From: a virus
Direction: 5' to 3' (one strand)
DNA length: 64,000 nucleotides
Virus record (IMG/VR): IMGVR_UViG_3300042887_005324
Location: 96,001 to 160,000 of that record
How positions within the stretch are numbered: position 1 is the stretch's first letter; each line of letters starts with the position of its first letter. Below the pieces are notes generated by a model. It ran no database searches, was not told where the DNA came from, and saw nothing but the letters and a program-made list of their open reading frames with translations. Positions 30,321-41,014 of the stretch are shown here, in pieces. Position numbers and translations under genes: made by a program.

Positions 30321-30603
30321 AATCAAATCTGGTTATTATTATAATTTAACTTATTCAACTAATGACCAAATTGATTTTGATCCAACACTTTTATTGACTT
30401 CTGATATTGAACTCATAAGAGATTTAGAAGGAAAAATTGACTATAAGTCAATGATTGATATTGAAGACATATTAATAAATGAAAACAAAATTCAAGGTTA
30501 TTTTGTATCAAATTCAAGAGTTGATAAATGTCCAGTTTTTAAGATAGATTTAGAAAAAGAAATTAGAGATAATAAAATAAAAAATATAATAAATGAAAAA
30601 TAA
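30307..30603 (+). CDS. hypothetical protein with C-terminal RDxKI motif
   Basis: ends IRDNKIKNIINEK. Confidence 0.65.
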   Translation: MILFKIKSGYYYNLTYSTNDQIDFDPTLLLTSDIELIRDLEGKIDYKSMIDIEDILINENKIQGYFVSNSRVDKCPVFKIDLEKEIRDNKIKNIINEK

Positions 30604-30844
30604 AAAAAACATACTAAGATTTTTATTAATCTTTTTGATCTCGTTCATATTGTTTGAGATATTAGAACACTCGGTTGAATATATTTTTGATATAGATTTT
30701 CATAACTTAGAATGGGGTTGGGCAGGATTTATTGTTGTATATGGATTTAAGTACCATATATTCTGTTGTTTATTACCTGCAATATGGGCCGGATATAAAT
30801 GTAGACATAATAATTGTGAGCATGAATACTGTGAGCATAAATAA
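30593..30844 (+). CDS. small membrane protein with Cys/His-rich tail
   Basis: hydrophobic segments; CRHNNCEHEYCEHK. Confidence 0.6.
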   Translation: MKNKKNILRFLLIFLISFILFEILEHSVEYIFDIDFHNLEWGWAGFIVVYGFKYHIFCCLLPAIWAGYKCRHNNCEHEYCEHK

Positions 30845-31052
30845 CAAATCATCGTTCGATCCAATAACATCATCTGGCGTAAATATTACTACTGCCTCAT
30901 CAATCACAATTGATAAAAACTTGATTGAATATATAGATTTATTATATCAATTATTAGGAGTAGATATTGATTTTGAAAGGTGGAAAAATATGAATCTTAG
31001 TGATCGAATCAACCTAATTAGAGATATAAAAATTAAAAAATTAATTGATTAA
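30822..31052 (+). CDS. hypothetical protein with C-terminal RDxKI motif
   Basis: likely ATG 30822; ends IRDIKIKKLID. Confidence 0.6.
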   Translation: MNTVSINNKSSFDPITSSGVNITTASSITIDKNLIEYIDLLYQLLGVDIDFERWKNMNLSDRINLIRDIKIKKLID

Positions 31053-31055
31053 ATT

Positions 31056-31250
31056 ATGATTATTATTGAAATCGAACAAGGAAAAGATGGACTTGAGAAG
31101 TCGTTGAAAAAGTATAAAAGAAAATTCGACAAGCTTAAAATTATGAAATCTCTTAGAGATAGAAAATATTACAAAAAGAAATCTGTCAAAAGAAGAGAAG
31201 AGATTAATAAAGCTATATATGTTCAACAAAAATTTAAATCAGAAGACTAA
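31056..31250 (+). CDS. rpsU: 30S ribosomal protein bS21
   Basis: LEKSLKKYKRKFDK...LRDRKYYKKKSVKRR...KAIYVQ, Bacteroidota-like. Confidence 0.9.
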   Translation: MIIIEIEQGKDGLEKSLKKYKRKFDKLKIMKSLRDRKYYKKKSVKRREEINKAIYVQQKFKSED

Positions 31251-31657
31251 TGGGATTTTTCAAAAGGTTTATTACTAAGGACTTAATACTTGCACAAAAA
31301 AATTGTGAGAGTGTATTGAATTTATTAGAAGCAGATGCAGTAGTCTTTGATACTTGGTCATCTAACTTCTTCAAAAGATTTGATGACAATTATAACGATT
31401 ATCAAGAAAAAAGACAAAAAAAGATTGAACAATATCAGTTCTCATCTTCTTATGCAAATATACAAGAATTTGACACACATCATATTTCTAATATTTTAAT
31501 AAATCTCAAAAATGAACCTTGTTGGATCGATATACATGTTTGTCTCGAAGCATTTAAGCCGGTTGAGATATCATCTAGAATAAGTGGTCAGTTTGAATTA
31601 CTTCGTGAATTTTGTATAAATCTGATTGAAAATAAACTCGAGAATGGATTTCAATAA
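31250..31657 (+). CDS. hypothetical protein
   Basis: 135-aa ORF translationally coupled to rpsU. Confidence 0.6.
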   Translation: MGFFKRFITKDLILAQKNCESVLNLLEADAVVFDTWSSNFFKRFDDNYNDYQEKRQKKIEQYQFSSSYANIQEFDTHHISNILINLKNEPCWIDIHVCLEAFKPVEISSRISGQFELLREFCINLIENKLENGFQ

Positions 31658-32366
31658 AAATTATTATTCTATTTTAGGATTGAATTCTAATTCAACTGAA
31701 AAAGAAATAAAGAAGTCTTACTATAAATTATCTTTTACACACCATCCTGACAAAGGTGGTGACGAATTAATTTTCTCTGAAATAACAGAGGCATATGATA
31801 TTTTGATGGATGAAAAATCTAGAGAAGAATATGATAAAAAAAGTAAATGGGGTTCAAATTATGATGAATCAATTGAACTTTTGAACTATGAGTTTAGTAA
31901 TACAGCAAAAGGATGGGATGAAGAAAAACTAACTGGTTGGATAAATGAGAATCAATTAAATATTTTAATATACATAGATGATTCATTTGATGGTAAAGTT
32001 GAATACGAAAGATGGGTCACCTGTAAAAAATGTGGAGGAGATGGTAAAGACACAACATCTAAAATTCAAATAAAAGATGAAAATGGAAACATTTTAAAAC
32101 TTTTTGATGGATCAGAAGGATGTGATTTTTGTGAAGGAACTGGTAAAAACTGGAAGAACGAATCTTGTTATTTTTGTGCAGGTAAGGGTAAAGTAGGTTT
32201 TACTGATTGTCAATCCTGTAATGGTGAAAAAAGAATAAAAGGAAAACAAAAACTAAAAGGTATAAAGTTTCCAAAAAAAGAAAAGGCACACAAGATTGAA
32301 GCAATGGGTCATGTGTCTAAATTTGAAACAGGCAAAGTTGGTTGTCTTTGGTTAATTAAAAAATAA
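31644..32366 (+). CDS. dnaJ: short DnaJ-like co-chaperone
   Basis: J domain with HPD; four CxxCxGxG-type repeats; no G/F region. Confidence 0.85.
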   Translation: MDFNKNYYSILGLNSNSTEKEIKKSYYKLSFTHHPDKGGDELIFSEITEAYDILMDEKSREEYDKKSKWGSNYDESIELLNYEFSNTAKGWDEEKLTGWINENQLNILIYIDDSFDGKVEYERWVTCKKCGGDGKDTTSKIQIKDENGNILKLFDGSEGCDFCEGTGKNWKNESCYFCAGKGKVGFTDCQSCNGEKRIKGKQKLKGIKFPKKEKAHKIEAMGHVSKFETGKVGCLWLIKK

Positions 32367-35300
32367 TTATACGCCATCTCCACCAGTTGGAGCGTCTTCT
32401 GGACTTCTAGATGCTTGACTATAATTATTAAGTTGACTTGGATTCCAAGGACTTGGTTGAGGTACTGACGAAATTCCACCTTGTTGGCTTAAAGGTTGTT
32501 GTTGAACAATACCTTGTGTATCAAAATTCAAATTTACATTACCAATAAAGTCAAAATTAGAATCAGTATAATCAATATAAGGAGCAGTTGCTTTTAATGG
32601 TATCTTAATTCCTTCGTATATACTAGTAGCAGTTGCATATTGGAAGAAAGGAACCATATCAACTTCAGTAAATGAAATATTTCTAAATGAAATTCTAGTA
32701 GTAAGATTTGAAGTCGGTGGATAATTACTTGTATCAAATGTTCCTATTGAAATATTTTCGTTTAATATACGATTATCTATTACAAGATCCAAATTCTGTC
32801 TATTATAGAAGAATTCAACTTTTTTTGTAAGTGAAGTTTCTTGATGATTAAAGTCAGTAAGTAAAATTTTAGAGTATCTATTTATAGTTTTAGAACTCGT
32901 AGCACCACTAAAATCAGAAGAAGCAATATCAAGTTCAATTGCATAGTATCTGTCTACTAAAGTTGTTATATCATTGTTTCTCAACTCAAAACTATGTCTT
33001 TTTGAAACTCTATATTGACCAAGACCAGGACCTACACCACTTTTCGTCTGTGCTCCACCATCCGAAAAAGTGAATACTAATCTACCAGCTGTTTGTGAAC
33101 TTCTATTCGAATCGATTTTAATTCCTTTAGCAGGTGTTATTTGAATTTCACCGACACCATAGTTGAAACTATAAGTTGCAATTCTTGAAGTAATATCATT
33201 TACTTCCCATCCATCATTTGTGAAATTAGTAATAGTAAGTTGTGGACCGAAAAGTTGATTTGAGTAGTTGTTACTGAACTGTTTAAAGAAAAATCCATTA
33301 TCAGGCATTAGATTTTCAAATCTAGAGAACTTTGTACCAAGTTTATAATCTCTACTAACAGTAGCAGCAAAGTCTCTAAATGTTGATTGACTTTCTAAGA
33401 CATCTAATGTTACAAGTCCATCTAAATTTGGTAGATTTTTGACAACAGATTGTGTTGTGCCATCAACTTGAGGAACTTCAGAAAAGACTACTTCAGGTAA
33501 ATTCAAATTACTTTTTGAAAAATTCTCATAAACAACATCCATGAAGCTCAAATATTTCTTCTCATTCTCTAATCCAACATTATTATCCACAAAACTCATT
33601 TTCTGAACTAATCCGGTGTTGTAAATTGAATCTGGATTTAATGGATTAGAAGATTTATTTGAAGTAAATCTACCACCATCAATCTTACCATCAATCATCT
33701 GAGACTCATACATCTGTGTAATTTTCGGATATCCTTTAAATAAACCATTATTCCAAACTCCTCTGAATCCGCCATTTAAGAAAGCTCCTGATAACCAAAT
33801 ATTTTTCGTAACATATATTAAGTGATTAAAAGAATCTCTTACTATTCTTCTTATTGGGAAGTTACTCACTAATTTAAGAACCACAATGTTATTTGTATAA
33901 TCAATATTAATAATTCTAAACCAATCCTTAATTAATTTTCTTTGTTCATTAACATCAATTGCTACTATATTACCGACTGAAACTTTATCACCTAAGGAAA
34001 GATTTGTTATTTCATCTATTGATTTCAATGCGACATTCCAAGTAATATCATCGATTTGTACCGTACTTAAATTAGTTGTTGGTGTTAAACCATCTATACC
34101 AATCACATCAGAAAATAAGATATAATCTTGTTCGTCAAACCATTCGGTATTGCCTCTGAAACCATTGTTCCAAACACCATTTTCCCAAATACCGGACCTA
34201 AACACACCATTACCATAATTAATACTTACTAAATTACCGTTATCTGAGGTTGCAGTTGGTCGTAAATAAGCATCATTTGGAAGTGAAGCGGTGTTCCCAA
34301 CTACTAAGTTCTGTATAACTACATTATTATATGAAGGGTGATATTCAGTTGATTTCTTTGTAACTTGAGCCGAAAGAATTCTTAATATACCTTGTGTAGC
34401 TTTTCTTATCCAGAATTTATTACCTATAACCTCACCATCTGAGTTCTCAGCAAGTAATTGTTCAGCAGTTGGTGTGTAGTTTAGTGTAATTTCATAAATT
34501 TTTGGATAGTAATTTCTTTTTATTGTACTACCACTGCCTGTTGTGTAACTATCACTATCTAAATAAGCAGTATATGGAGTTAGAGCGCCGATACCGAACT
34601 CAACACCAACCTGAGTTATTAGTTCAACCGATAAGACTAGATTAATTTCGTAGGTTGTTGAAGCATCATCAAATATTTCTAAACTCGTAAGATTAATAAC
34701 ATTACCAACATGTCCATACAATCTCCTACTAGGAGCAATGTCAGGTCGTTGTGTTGAGTTGTATCCAGCTACAACTGCAGGTGATGCTACTTCAGGTAGA
34801 TCTCCGCCTTTTGTAAAATAGTGAGTATCACTGATAGTAAATATTTGATTATTGGTTTGTCTAAGTGAAAAAGTAGATCCTTTATTCCAATAAGATCTAT
34901 CCAATTCCCCAAATACTCTCGTTTTTGAGGCGTTGGTTCTGACTTCGTTATAGGTATAGACGGTACTACTTCCTGGAATTGTGTAACCAATTACTCCATT
35001 ATATTTTAGGTCGTCATTATATATGATTGTGTTAGCATCAGCTCCGTACATAACCATTGAAGCAGTAGGTGTGGTGAAGAAAAAATCTATGTTCGCGGTC
35101 AAATTCGGGTCAGTCAGTAGACTCTGAGGCGCGATAGATGAACTAAAGGCATTTATAACATGTAATGAAGAAGTACCAATAAATCTTGAAACATTTCTTA
35201 TTAAGTCTAATTGTTTTCCTTTCAAAACATACATTGCTCTTGTATTAGACCAAGTTGCTAAAGAAGTATAATCAAATGGTGAACCGTTCCAGTTACCATT

Positions 35301-38300
35301 TCTCCATAAACCATCTTCCCAATAAATATTCTCGGCAGTTCCATAATTCCAAGTACCATTCGTCCATTTTGCACCAGCCATATATCCGGAATTGAAAGTT
35401 CCTTTCTTCCACTCAGCGTGATAAAAAGAACCAGTACCGTAGTTCGAATTAAATTTACCATTTTCCCAAACAATTGATGCAGTTGAAGCAAAAGATGATT
35501 TCGAGAAAGAACCTGTGAATGTTCTATCAACATACGGATTAAATATACTGCTATCAAAATTACCATCTTGGAATGAACCAGATAAAAATAGAGAATTTTT
35601 AAATGTTCCTTGAACATGACTAAAAGTACCACTAAGCCAAAGCATATTATCAAAAAGAGCCAAATTATTAGTTGATACTTTTTGATTGTCTTTAGTAAGC
35701 TCAGTAAATATTATACCATCACTTTTGATTTTCTCTGGTGTATCAATAACATTACCACTTCTCCAAAGACCATAATAACTTGATGTGAAAGAATTAGCAA
35801 AGTCAAACTCACCTGTTGTATCAGTTGGTGAATCTGAAAGACTAAAAGTTCCACTTCCTAAGAAACTACCTTTATTAAAAGTTCCACTGTACCAATATCT
35901 TCCAGCAAAAATACCATCATTAAACTCACCAGTATACCAAACTGAGTTAGTCGCAGTACTTGAATTACCAAACTCACCGCCATTAAATTTACCATTTTCC
36001 CATCCATAAAAAGAAGCTGTCAAAGCAGTACCAATGGGTTTAACATTAGTGTAACCATATTCAGAAAGGAATTTACCTTTATTAAAATTTCCGTCTTTCC
36101 ATCTAGCTTGTAAAGTAAGTTTACCACCATTAAAATCTCCATTATACCAAATAGACTCATTTGTTGATTGTGACCCAAAACTAGTGAACTCACCATTGTC
36201 AAATTTACCATCTAACCAATATACACTACCAGATCCACCAACCAAAGCATTTTCCACGATACCATTCTCCCATGTTGTGAAAGTTGCTGCAGTAGGAATA
36301 TATCTTTGAAGACTACCAAGTGTAGTATTGGTATAATTTAAATTTCTGGATCCAAGTATACCATTTTTCCAATCACCACCATACCAATCTGAATTATAAA
36401 ATCTACCATTCTCAAATGTACCATCTGACCAAGCTGATTTGTAGAACTCTCCAGCTGAGAAAGTACCTTCAATCCAAGACATATATTGACTAGTTAAGTC
36501 ATAGTTATAGTTAGAACCAGCTAAATATGTAGAAGTAGTAAGTCCCTTAGAATCAATGAAACTACCGTTGTTGAATATACCATCTAACCAATATGAACTT
36601 TTGAAAATTCCATTATTGAAGGTACCTTTATTCCAAATTGAGTTAAAAAATATACCATTAGTCCAAGTATCATTTATGAAATGTGATTTGTAGACTAATC
36701 CAGACTTGACATTGTTGTTTGAGTTTTTGAAAAAATGATTAACTAATCTTAAAGTATTTGTATTATCAACATCAAGATTTTTATCTCTATTGTTAAATTC
36801 TGAATTTTCGATAGTAGAATTTTTAATAAGATTTCTTTTAAATAATCCAGATACTATTTTAGAGTTATCTATTAGTAATGGATGTATAGAAATATAATTT
36901 GCTTTTTCTCCCTCATTAATTGATATTTCGTCGAACGTATCTGGCCAAACTTGGTTTGATTTTCTAGTGAGTGTATATCTAATATATCCAGTTTGTGAAA
37001 TTTCTAGTCTACCACCGACCTGGTATCTACCAGATAAATCATAAACAACTGGGTCATTATTCTTTCTAACTGAAACTCCACTCAACCAAACATCTTTGTT
37101 ATTAATTTCAAAGTCAAAATAATTAGAAGCGACAATTTGTTGTGTTGGTGGAGTGCGGTGAGAGTAGAAAAACTTATCAGAAAGATATATATATATTCTA
37201 TTCTCATCAGAACGTGATATTTTAAGAAGATTAGTATCCGGATCAGTCGACAAAGCTTGATTTCTAGTAATTATATTTTGACTAATATTTACATTATCTC
37301 CACTCAACCAAGTTGAATTATAAAAAACACCAAATTTAAAGTCTGCATTATGTATATAAGTATTATTGAAAACTTTACTCAAAGTAGTAAAAGTTACTGG
37401 ACTAAGTAAAAAATCATCACTGTATACTGTAGTGTTATTTGTGCTATCTTTCCAATATCCTAGTAATTTATGATCTATATCAATTGATGAGTAAACTGTC
37501 GTGTTAGTCTCAAAGGTATTATTATAATCAGTACCATTGTAACTAACATAATATTTAATTTTATTATCATTTTTACTCTTGAAAGTAACAACAATTCTTT
37601 CATCTTCTTTTAATTCGTGATCAACATATGAATCTAAAATATACTTAGTTTCAAAAGGTAAAATTATTTTTTGTTGTTCATCTAAGCTAGATAAAATATA
37701 TTCTTTATTTACTCTTGAAATATAAAATGAGTTACTTATATTTAATCTTAAAATATCATCATCTGAAATGTAAAGCTTAAGTATTCCTCTTACATAGTCA
37801 GTACCAAGAGATGATTCGTCTCTATTATATGACCAAATATCACTTGCTAAAATTTTGATACCACTTTTATCACTATATTCACTAAGATTAGCTGTTGATT
37901 TAGTTATTTGACTGTTAATTAATTTTGAATTGTTTATATTTGATTCACTAATTTGACAATCTTGCAAAGTTGCATTATTAACACTTGAAAATTGAATATC
38001 ACCAAATTTGATTTTTGCTTTATTAATTTTTGAAGGATAAGAGAAAGTTAATCCATCATAAAAATTATCTATTGCTTTACTAAAATTAGATAGAGAGTAT
38101 CCAAAATTAACCCTTTCAAATACTCCATTATTAACCTCGGATGCAAATAAATTTGTGTCAACTACTAAATTTCTACCAAATCCTTTATTATTAGTAAAGT
38201 CAATACTCTGAGTTCTAACTTTTTGATTCGTAGTCTCATTTAATGAAAGCTTAGAATAATAAGTTTTTTCATTATCTGCAGATTTAGAATTCATTATACC

Positions 38301-39347
38301 AAAATTCCAGTTAGAATTAAGAAATATACCACTTTGCCAAGTAGCACCTAATGATCTATAACTACTACCTAGCTTCTTACCCCAATTATTTATTTTAAGA
38401 TTTGTTCCAAAGACACCATCTTTATGATCACCTCTAAAAGTACCATATCTAAAGTTTAGCTTTGATATAAAAGGATCTTTATAAAGAATATCAGTTTTCC
38501 ATGTTGTGCCATCAAAGGTATAAATACTTCTTTGTCTAAGTGTTAGATTAGTAGTAAATGAGGGTGTTTGAAGAACTATATCTTCACCAACAATTAATAT
38601 TGAATTGTTTAGATTATTTCTTGGATTTATTGATATTACTCTACCTGCTAAAAACTCTTCAGTTACATCGATCCACTGTGGTGGGGAATTTGAGTCATCT
38701 CTCACAAAAAAACCACTTCCTCCACTAATACCTCCGTTTATGGATAAGTCATCAACTGGATCTGGTGGAAGGTAGTCTGTTAATTGCAAAAAGACTAGTG
38801 AATCACCAAAGAGAACACAATACTGATCACTTGAACCAGATACCATCGGTAGTTTTTTTCCGAAGAATTTACTTGCAAATCCTTGTGGTTTAGTGAATAA
38901 AGGAATTCCTATATCGTTTGTTACAGTAATTTCATCATAAGCAATTTGAAAGGTATTAATATAATCGAATTCTCTTGGATTATTTACTCTTACTACCTTT
39001 ATGAAATCATTATAATTAGATTCAACAAACGGCAATGTACCATCATAGTCTATGTCTAATATTATTCTACAACCATCACATGCTAATACACGATATCCAT
39101 CAGTGTACCTTGTAAACTTATTATTAGATATTAGCACATCAGAATCGTAATTACCATTTACAATAAATACTCTATCACCAACATTGAAATTAGTATTATT
39201 TTCAGTATAAAATACTGTTTTTCTAAAACCACCTATTTCAACTGGTTCTGTAAAATTTAACAATCTAGAACTATAAAACTTATCTGATTTTTTTGTTTTC
39301 AAATAAGTAGGATTGGAACTTAGAACTTTTGAAGTAGGTGTTGCCAT
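32367..39347 (-). CDS. giant virion protein with WxxGxF pentapeptide-like repeats
   Basis: 2326 aa; e.g. WNKGTFNNGIFKSSYWLDGIFNNGSF; TTAATATATA at 39373-39382. Confidence 0.7.
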   Translation of the reverse strand: MATPTSKVLSSNPTYLKTKKSDKFYSSRLLNFTEPVEIGGFRKTVFYTENNTNFNVGDRVFIVNGNYDSDVLISNNKFTRYTDGYRVLACDGCRIILDIDYDGTLPFVESNYNDFIKVVRVNNPREFDYINTFQIAYDEITVTNDIGIPLFTKPQGFASKFFGKKLPMVSGSSDQYCVLFGDSLVFLQLTDYLPPDPVDDLSINGGISGGSGFFVRDDSNSPPQWIDVTEEFLAGRVISINPRNNLNNSILIVGEDIVLQTPSFTTNLTLRQRSIYTFDGTTWKTDILYKDPFISKLNFRYGTFRGDHKDGVFGTNLKINNWGKKLGSSYRSLGATWQSGIFLNSNWNFGIMNSKSADNEKTYYSKLSLNETTNQKVRTQSIDFTNNKGFGRNLVVDTNLFASEVNNGVFERVNFGYSLSNFSKAIDNFYDGLTFSYPSKINKAKIKFGDIQFSSVNNATLQDCQISESNINNSKLINSQITKSTANLSEYSDKSGIKILASDIWSYNRDESSLGTDYVRGILKLYISDDDILRLNISNSFYISRVNKEYILSSLDEQQKIILPFETKYILDSYVDHELKEDERIVVTFKSKNDNKIKYYVSYNGTDYNNTFETNTTVYSSIDIDHKLLGYWKDSTNNTTVYSDDFLLSPVTFTTLSKVFNNTYIHNADFKFGVFYNSTWLSGDNVNISQNIITRNQALSTDPDTNLLKISRSDENRIYIYLSDKFFYSHRTPPTQQIVASNYFDFEINNKDVWLSGVSVRKNNDPVVYDLSGRYQVGGRLEISQTGYIRYTLTRKSNQVWPDTFDEISINEGEKANYISIHPLLIDNSKIVSGLFKRNLIKNSTIENSEFNNRDKNLDVDNTNTLRLVNHFFKNSNNNVKSGLVYKSHFINDTWTNGIFFNSIWNKGTFNNGIFKSSYWLDGIFNNGSFIDSKGLTTSTYLAGSNYNYDLTSQYMSWIEGTFSAGEFYKSAWSDGTFENGRFYNSDWYGGDWKNGILGSRNLNYTNTTLGSLQRYIPTAATFTTWENGIVENALVGGSGSVYWLDGKFDNGEFTSFGSQSTNESIWYNGDFNGGKLTLQARWKDGNFNKGKFLSEYGYTNVKPIGTALTASFYGWENGKFNGGEFGNSSTATNSVWYTGEFNDGIFAGRYWYSGTFNKGSFLGSGTFSLSDSPTDTTGEFDFANSFTSSYYGLWRSGNVIDTPEKIKSDGIIFTELTKDNQKVSTNNLALFDNMLWLSGTFSHVQGTFKNSLFLSGSFQDGNFDSSIFNPYVDRTFTGSFSKSSFASTASIVWENGKFNSNYGTGSFYHAEWKKGTFNSGYMAGAKWTNGTWNYGTAENIYWEDGLWRNGNWNGSPFDYTSLATWSNTRAMYVLKGKQLDLIRNVSRFIGTSSLHVINAFSSSIAPQSLLTDPNLTANIDFFFTTPTASMVMYGADANTIIYNDDLKYNGVIGYTIPGSSTVYTYNEVRTNASKTRVFGELDRSYWNKGSTFSLRQTNNQIFTISDTHYFTKGGDLPEVASPAVVAGYNSTQRPDIAPSRRLYGHVGNVINLTSLEIFDDASTTYEINLVLSVELITQVGVEFGIGALTPYTAYLDSDSYTTGSGSTIKRNYYPKIYEITLNYTPTAEQLLAENSDGEVIGNKFWIRKATQGILRILSAQVTKKSTEYHPSYNNVVIQNLVVGNTASLPNDAYLRPTATSDNGNLVSINYGNGVFRSGIWENGVWNNGFRGNTEWFDEQDYILFSDVIGIDGLTPTTNLSTVQIDDITWNVALKSIDEITNLSLGDKVSVGNIVAIDVNEQRKLIKDWFRIINIDYTNNIVVLKLVSNFPIRRIVRDSFNHLIYVTKNIWLSGAFLNGGFRGVWNNGLFKGYPKITQMYESQMIDGKIDGGRFTSNKSSNPLNPDSIYNTGLVQKMSFVDNNVGLENEKKYLSFMDVVYENFSKSNLNLPEVVFSEVPQVDGTTQSVVKNLPNLDGLVTLDVLESQSTFRDFAATVSRDYKLGTKFSRFENLMPDNGFFFKQFSNNYSNQLFGPQLTITNFTNDGWEVNDITSRIATYSFNYGVGEIQITPAKGIKIDSNRSSQTAGRLVFTFSDGGAQTKSGVGPGLGQYRVSKRHSFELRNNDITTLVDRYYAIELDIASSDFSGATSSKTINRYSKILLTDFNHQETSLTKKVEFFYNRQNLDLVIDNRILNENISIGTFDTSNYPPTSNLTTRISFRNISFTEVDMVPFFQYATATSIYEGIKIPLKATAPYIDYTDSNFDFIGNVNLNFDTQGIVQQQPLSQQGGISSVPQPSPWNPSQLNNYSQASRSPEDAPTGGDGV

Positions 39348-39455
39348 CTAAAGATAATTATAACATTTTGTTTATATATTAAATACTTTGGTACATCTAT
39401 AATTAATAATATTAAAAAAGACACATCAACTTAAATTTTTTTAAAATATATAATT

Positions 39456-39677
39456 GTGATTATGTATTTAATATGTAAAAATAATTTTCAAACATTGAAT
39501 TCATCCGAATTTACTTTTGAAAAAGGATTAACATATAAAATAGAAGTCAACAATTTTTATTGTGATGAGAACATAACATTCCTAATAAATGACATCGAGA
39601 TATCACTTTCTGTTTTAAAAAATTATTTTGTTAATATCGAAACTTGGAGAGATTTACAAATAAAAGAATTATTATGA
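39456..39677 (+). CDS. hypothetical protein with C-terminal RD motif
   Basis: ends WRDLQIKELL. Confidence 0.65.
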   Translation: MIMYLICKNNFQTLNSSEFTFEKGLTYKIEVNNFYCDENITFLINDIEISLSVLKNYFVNIETWRDLQIKELL

Positions 39678-40324
39678 TTCTATCACCTTCAGTCTTATCA
39701 GCAGATTTCGCTAATCTACAAAATGATATTGAAATGTTAAACAATTCTAAATGTGATTGGCTTCACATAGATATAATGGACGGTGTATTTGTACCTAACA
39801 TATCTTTTGGTATTCCAGTATTAAAATCAATAAAAAAACACTCTAATAAAATTCTGGATGTTCATCTAATGATTGTTGAACCAGAAAAATGGATAAGTGA
39901 ATTCAGAGACGCTGGTGCAGATATTTTAACAGTACATTACGAATGTTCACCACATTTACATAGAACTATTGATGCAATCAAAAAAAGTGGTATGAAAGCT
40001 GGTGTAGCTATCAATCCACATACACCAGTTAGTGTATTAGAAGAGATATTATCTGAAGTTGATTTAATTTTGGTTATGAGTGTGAATCCTGGCTTTGGCG
40101 GCCAATCCTTCATAGAAAATACATATAATAAAGTTTTATCTCTAAGTAAGTTGATTGATTCAAAAAACACTAAGACAAGACCAATAATTCAAGTAGATGG
40201 TGGTGTAAATTTAGATAATGCAAGTAAACTAATTAGTAGTGGAGCTAATGCATTAGTAGCTGGAAATTCTATATTCAATACAAAGAACCCAATAGATGTA
40301 ATTTCAGAATTTAAATCGATTTAA
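39674..40324 (+). CDS. rpe: ribulose-phosphate 3-epimerase
   Basis: SPSVLSADF, HIDIMDG, DVHLM, MSVNPGFGGQ, VDGG. Confidence 0.96.
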   Translation: MILSPSVLSADFANLQNDIEMLNNSKCDWLHIDIMDGVFVPNISFGIPVLKSIKKHSNKILDVHLMIVEPEKWISEFRDAGADILTVHYECSPHLHRTIDAIKKSGMKAGVAINPHTPVSVLEEILSEVDLILVMSVNPGFGGQSFIENTYNKVLSLSKLIDSKNTKTRPIIQVDGGVNLDNASKLISSGANALVAGNSIFNTKNPIDVISEFKSI

Positions 40325-40381
40325 TCTATATTATTTTTCAAAAAATTAACTTTTCTCTAACACAATACTAATATATAATTT

Positions 40382-41014
40382 ATGTTAATCCCAACCGCTA
40401 ATGACAAAACCAAATTTTCAAATTTCATAATTCCGAATATACCTAAAAATATTTCTAAGTATATTGAACCATTTGGTGGAATGTTTGGCATTTTCTTTTG
40501 TTTAAATATTGAGGATTTTAACAAAACTAAATTCATCTATAACGACATTAACAAAAGAAATGTTAATCTATTTGAAAAATTTAAAGAACACTCATTTATT
40601 AGTGAAATACTTAATTCAGAATTCAATAATGATAGAGAACTTGATTTAGAAAAGCCGTTAGATTGGTTGATTTATCTTCTTTGTTTTAGAGATGATAAAT
40701 TTACTAATTGTTTTGAATTTGAAATATTTAAAATGAAATTAAAATTTAGAAAAAATCATTTTAATAGAATTACATCAATTCAAAACTTTGATTACAAAGA
40801 TATTCTAAAAAAATATGACAGTAATTCTACTTTCTTTTTTATCGATCCACCAAAAGAAACACCAATAGAGGAAATTCTAGAAGAGCTTAAAGATTCAAAG
40901 TCAAAATTTGCAGTAGTGTTTAATGGTAGTCCAAGTTTTGAAATTTCAGACAAATTAAACATCATCAAAAATAAAACTTTGATGAAAAGTGAGTTTTTGA
41001 TAAAAAACTATTAA
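40382..41014 (+). CDS. Dam-like DNA adenine methyltransferase, shortened/degenerate
   Basis: YIEPFGG, YNDIN, FFIDPPK (DPPY expected). Confidence 0.65.
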   Translation: MLIPTANDKTKFSNFIIPNIPKNISKYIEPFGGMFGIFFCLNIEDFNKTKFIYNDINKRNVNLFEKFKEHSFISEILNSEFNNDRELDLEKPLDWLIYLLCFRDDKFTNCFEFEIFKMKLKFRKNHFNRITSIQNFDYKDILKKYDSNSTFFFIDPPKETPIEEILEELKDSKSKFAVVFNGSPSFEISDKLNIIKNKTLMKSEFLIKNY

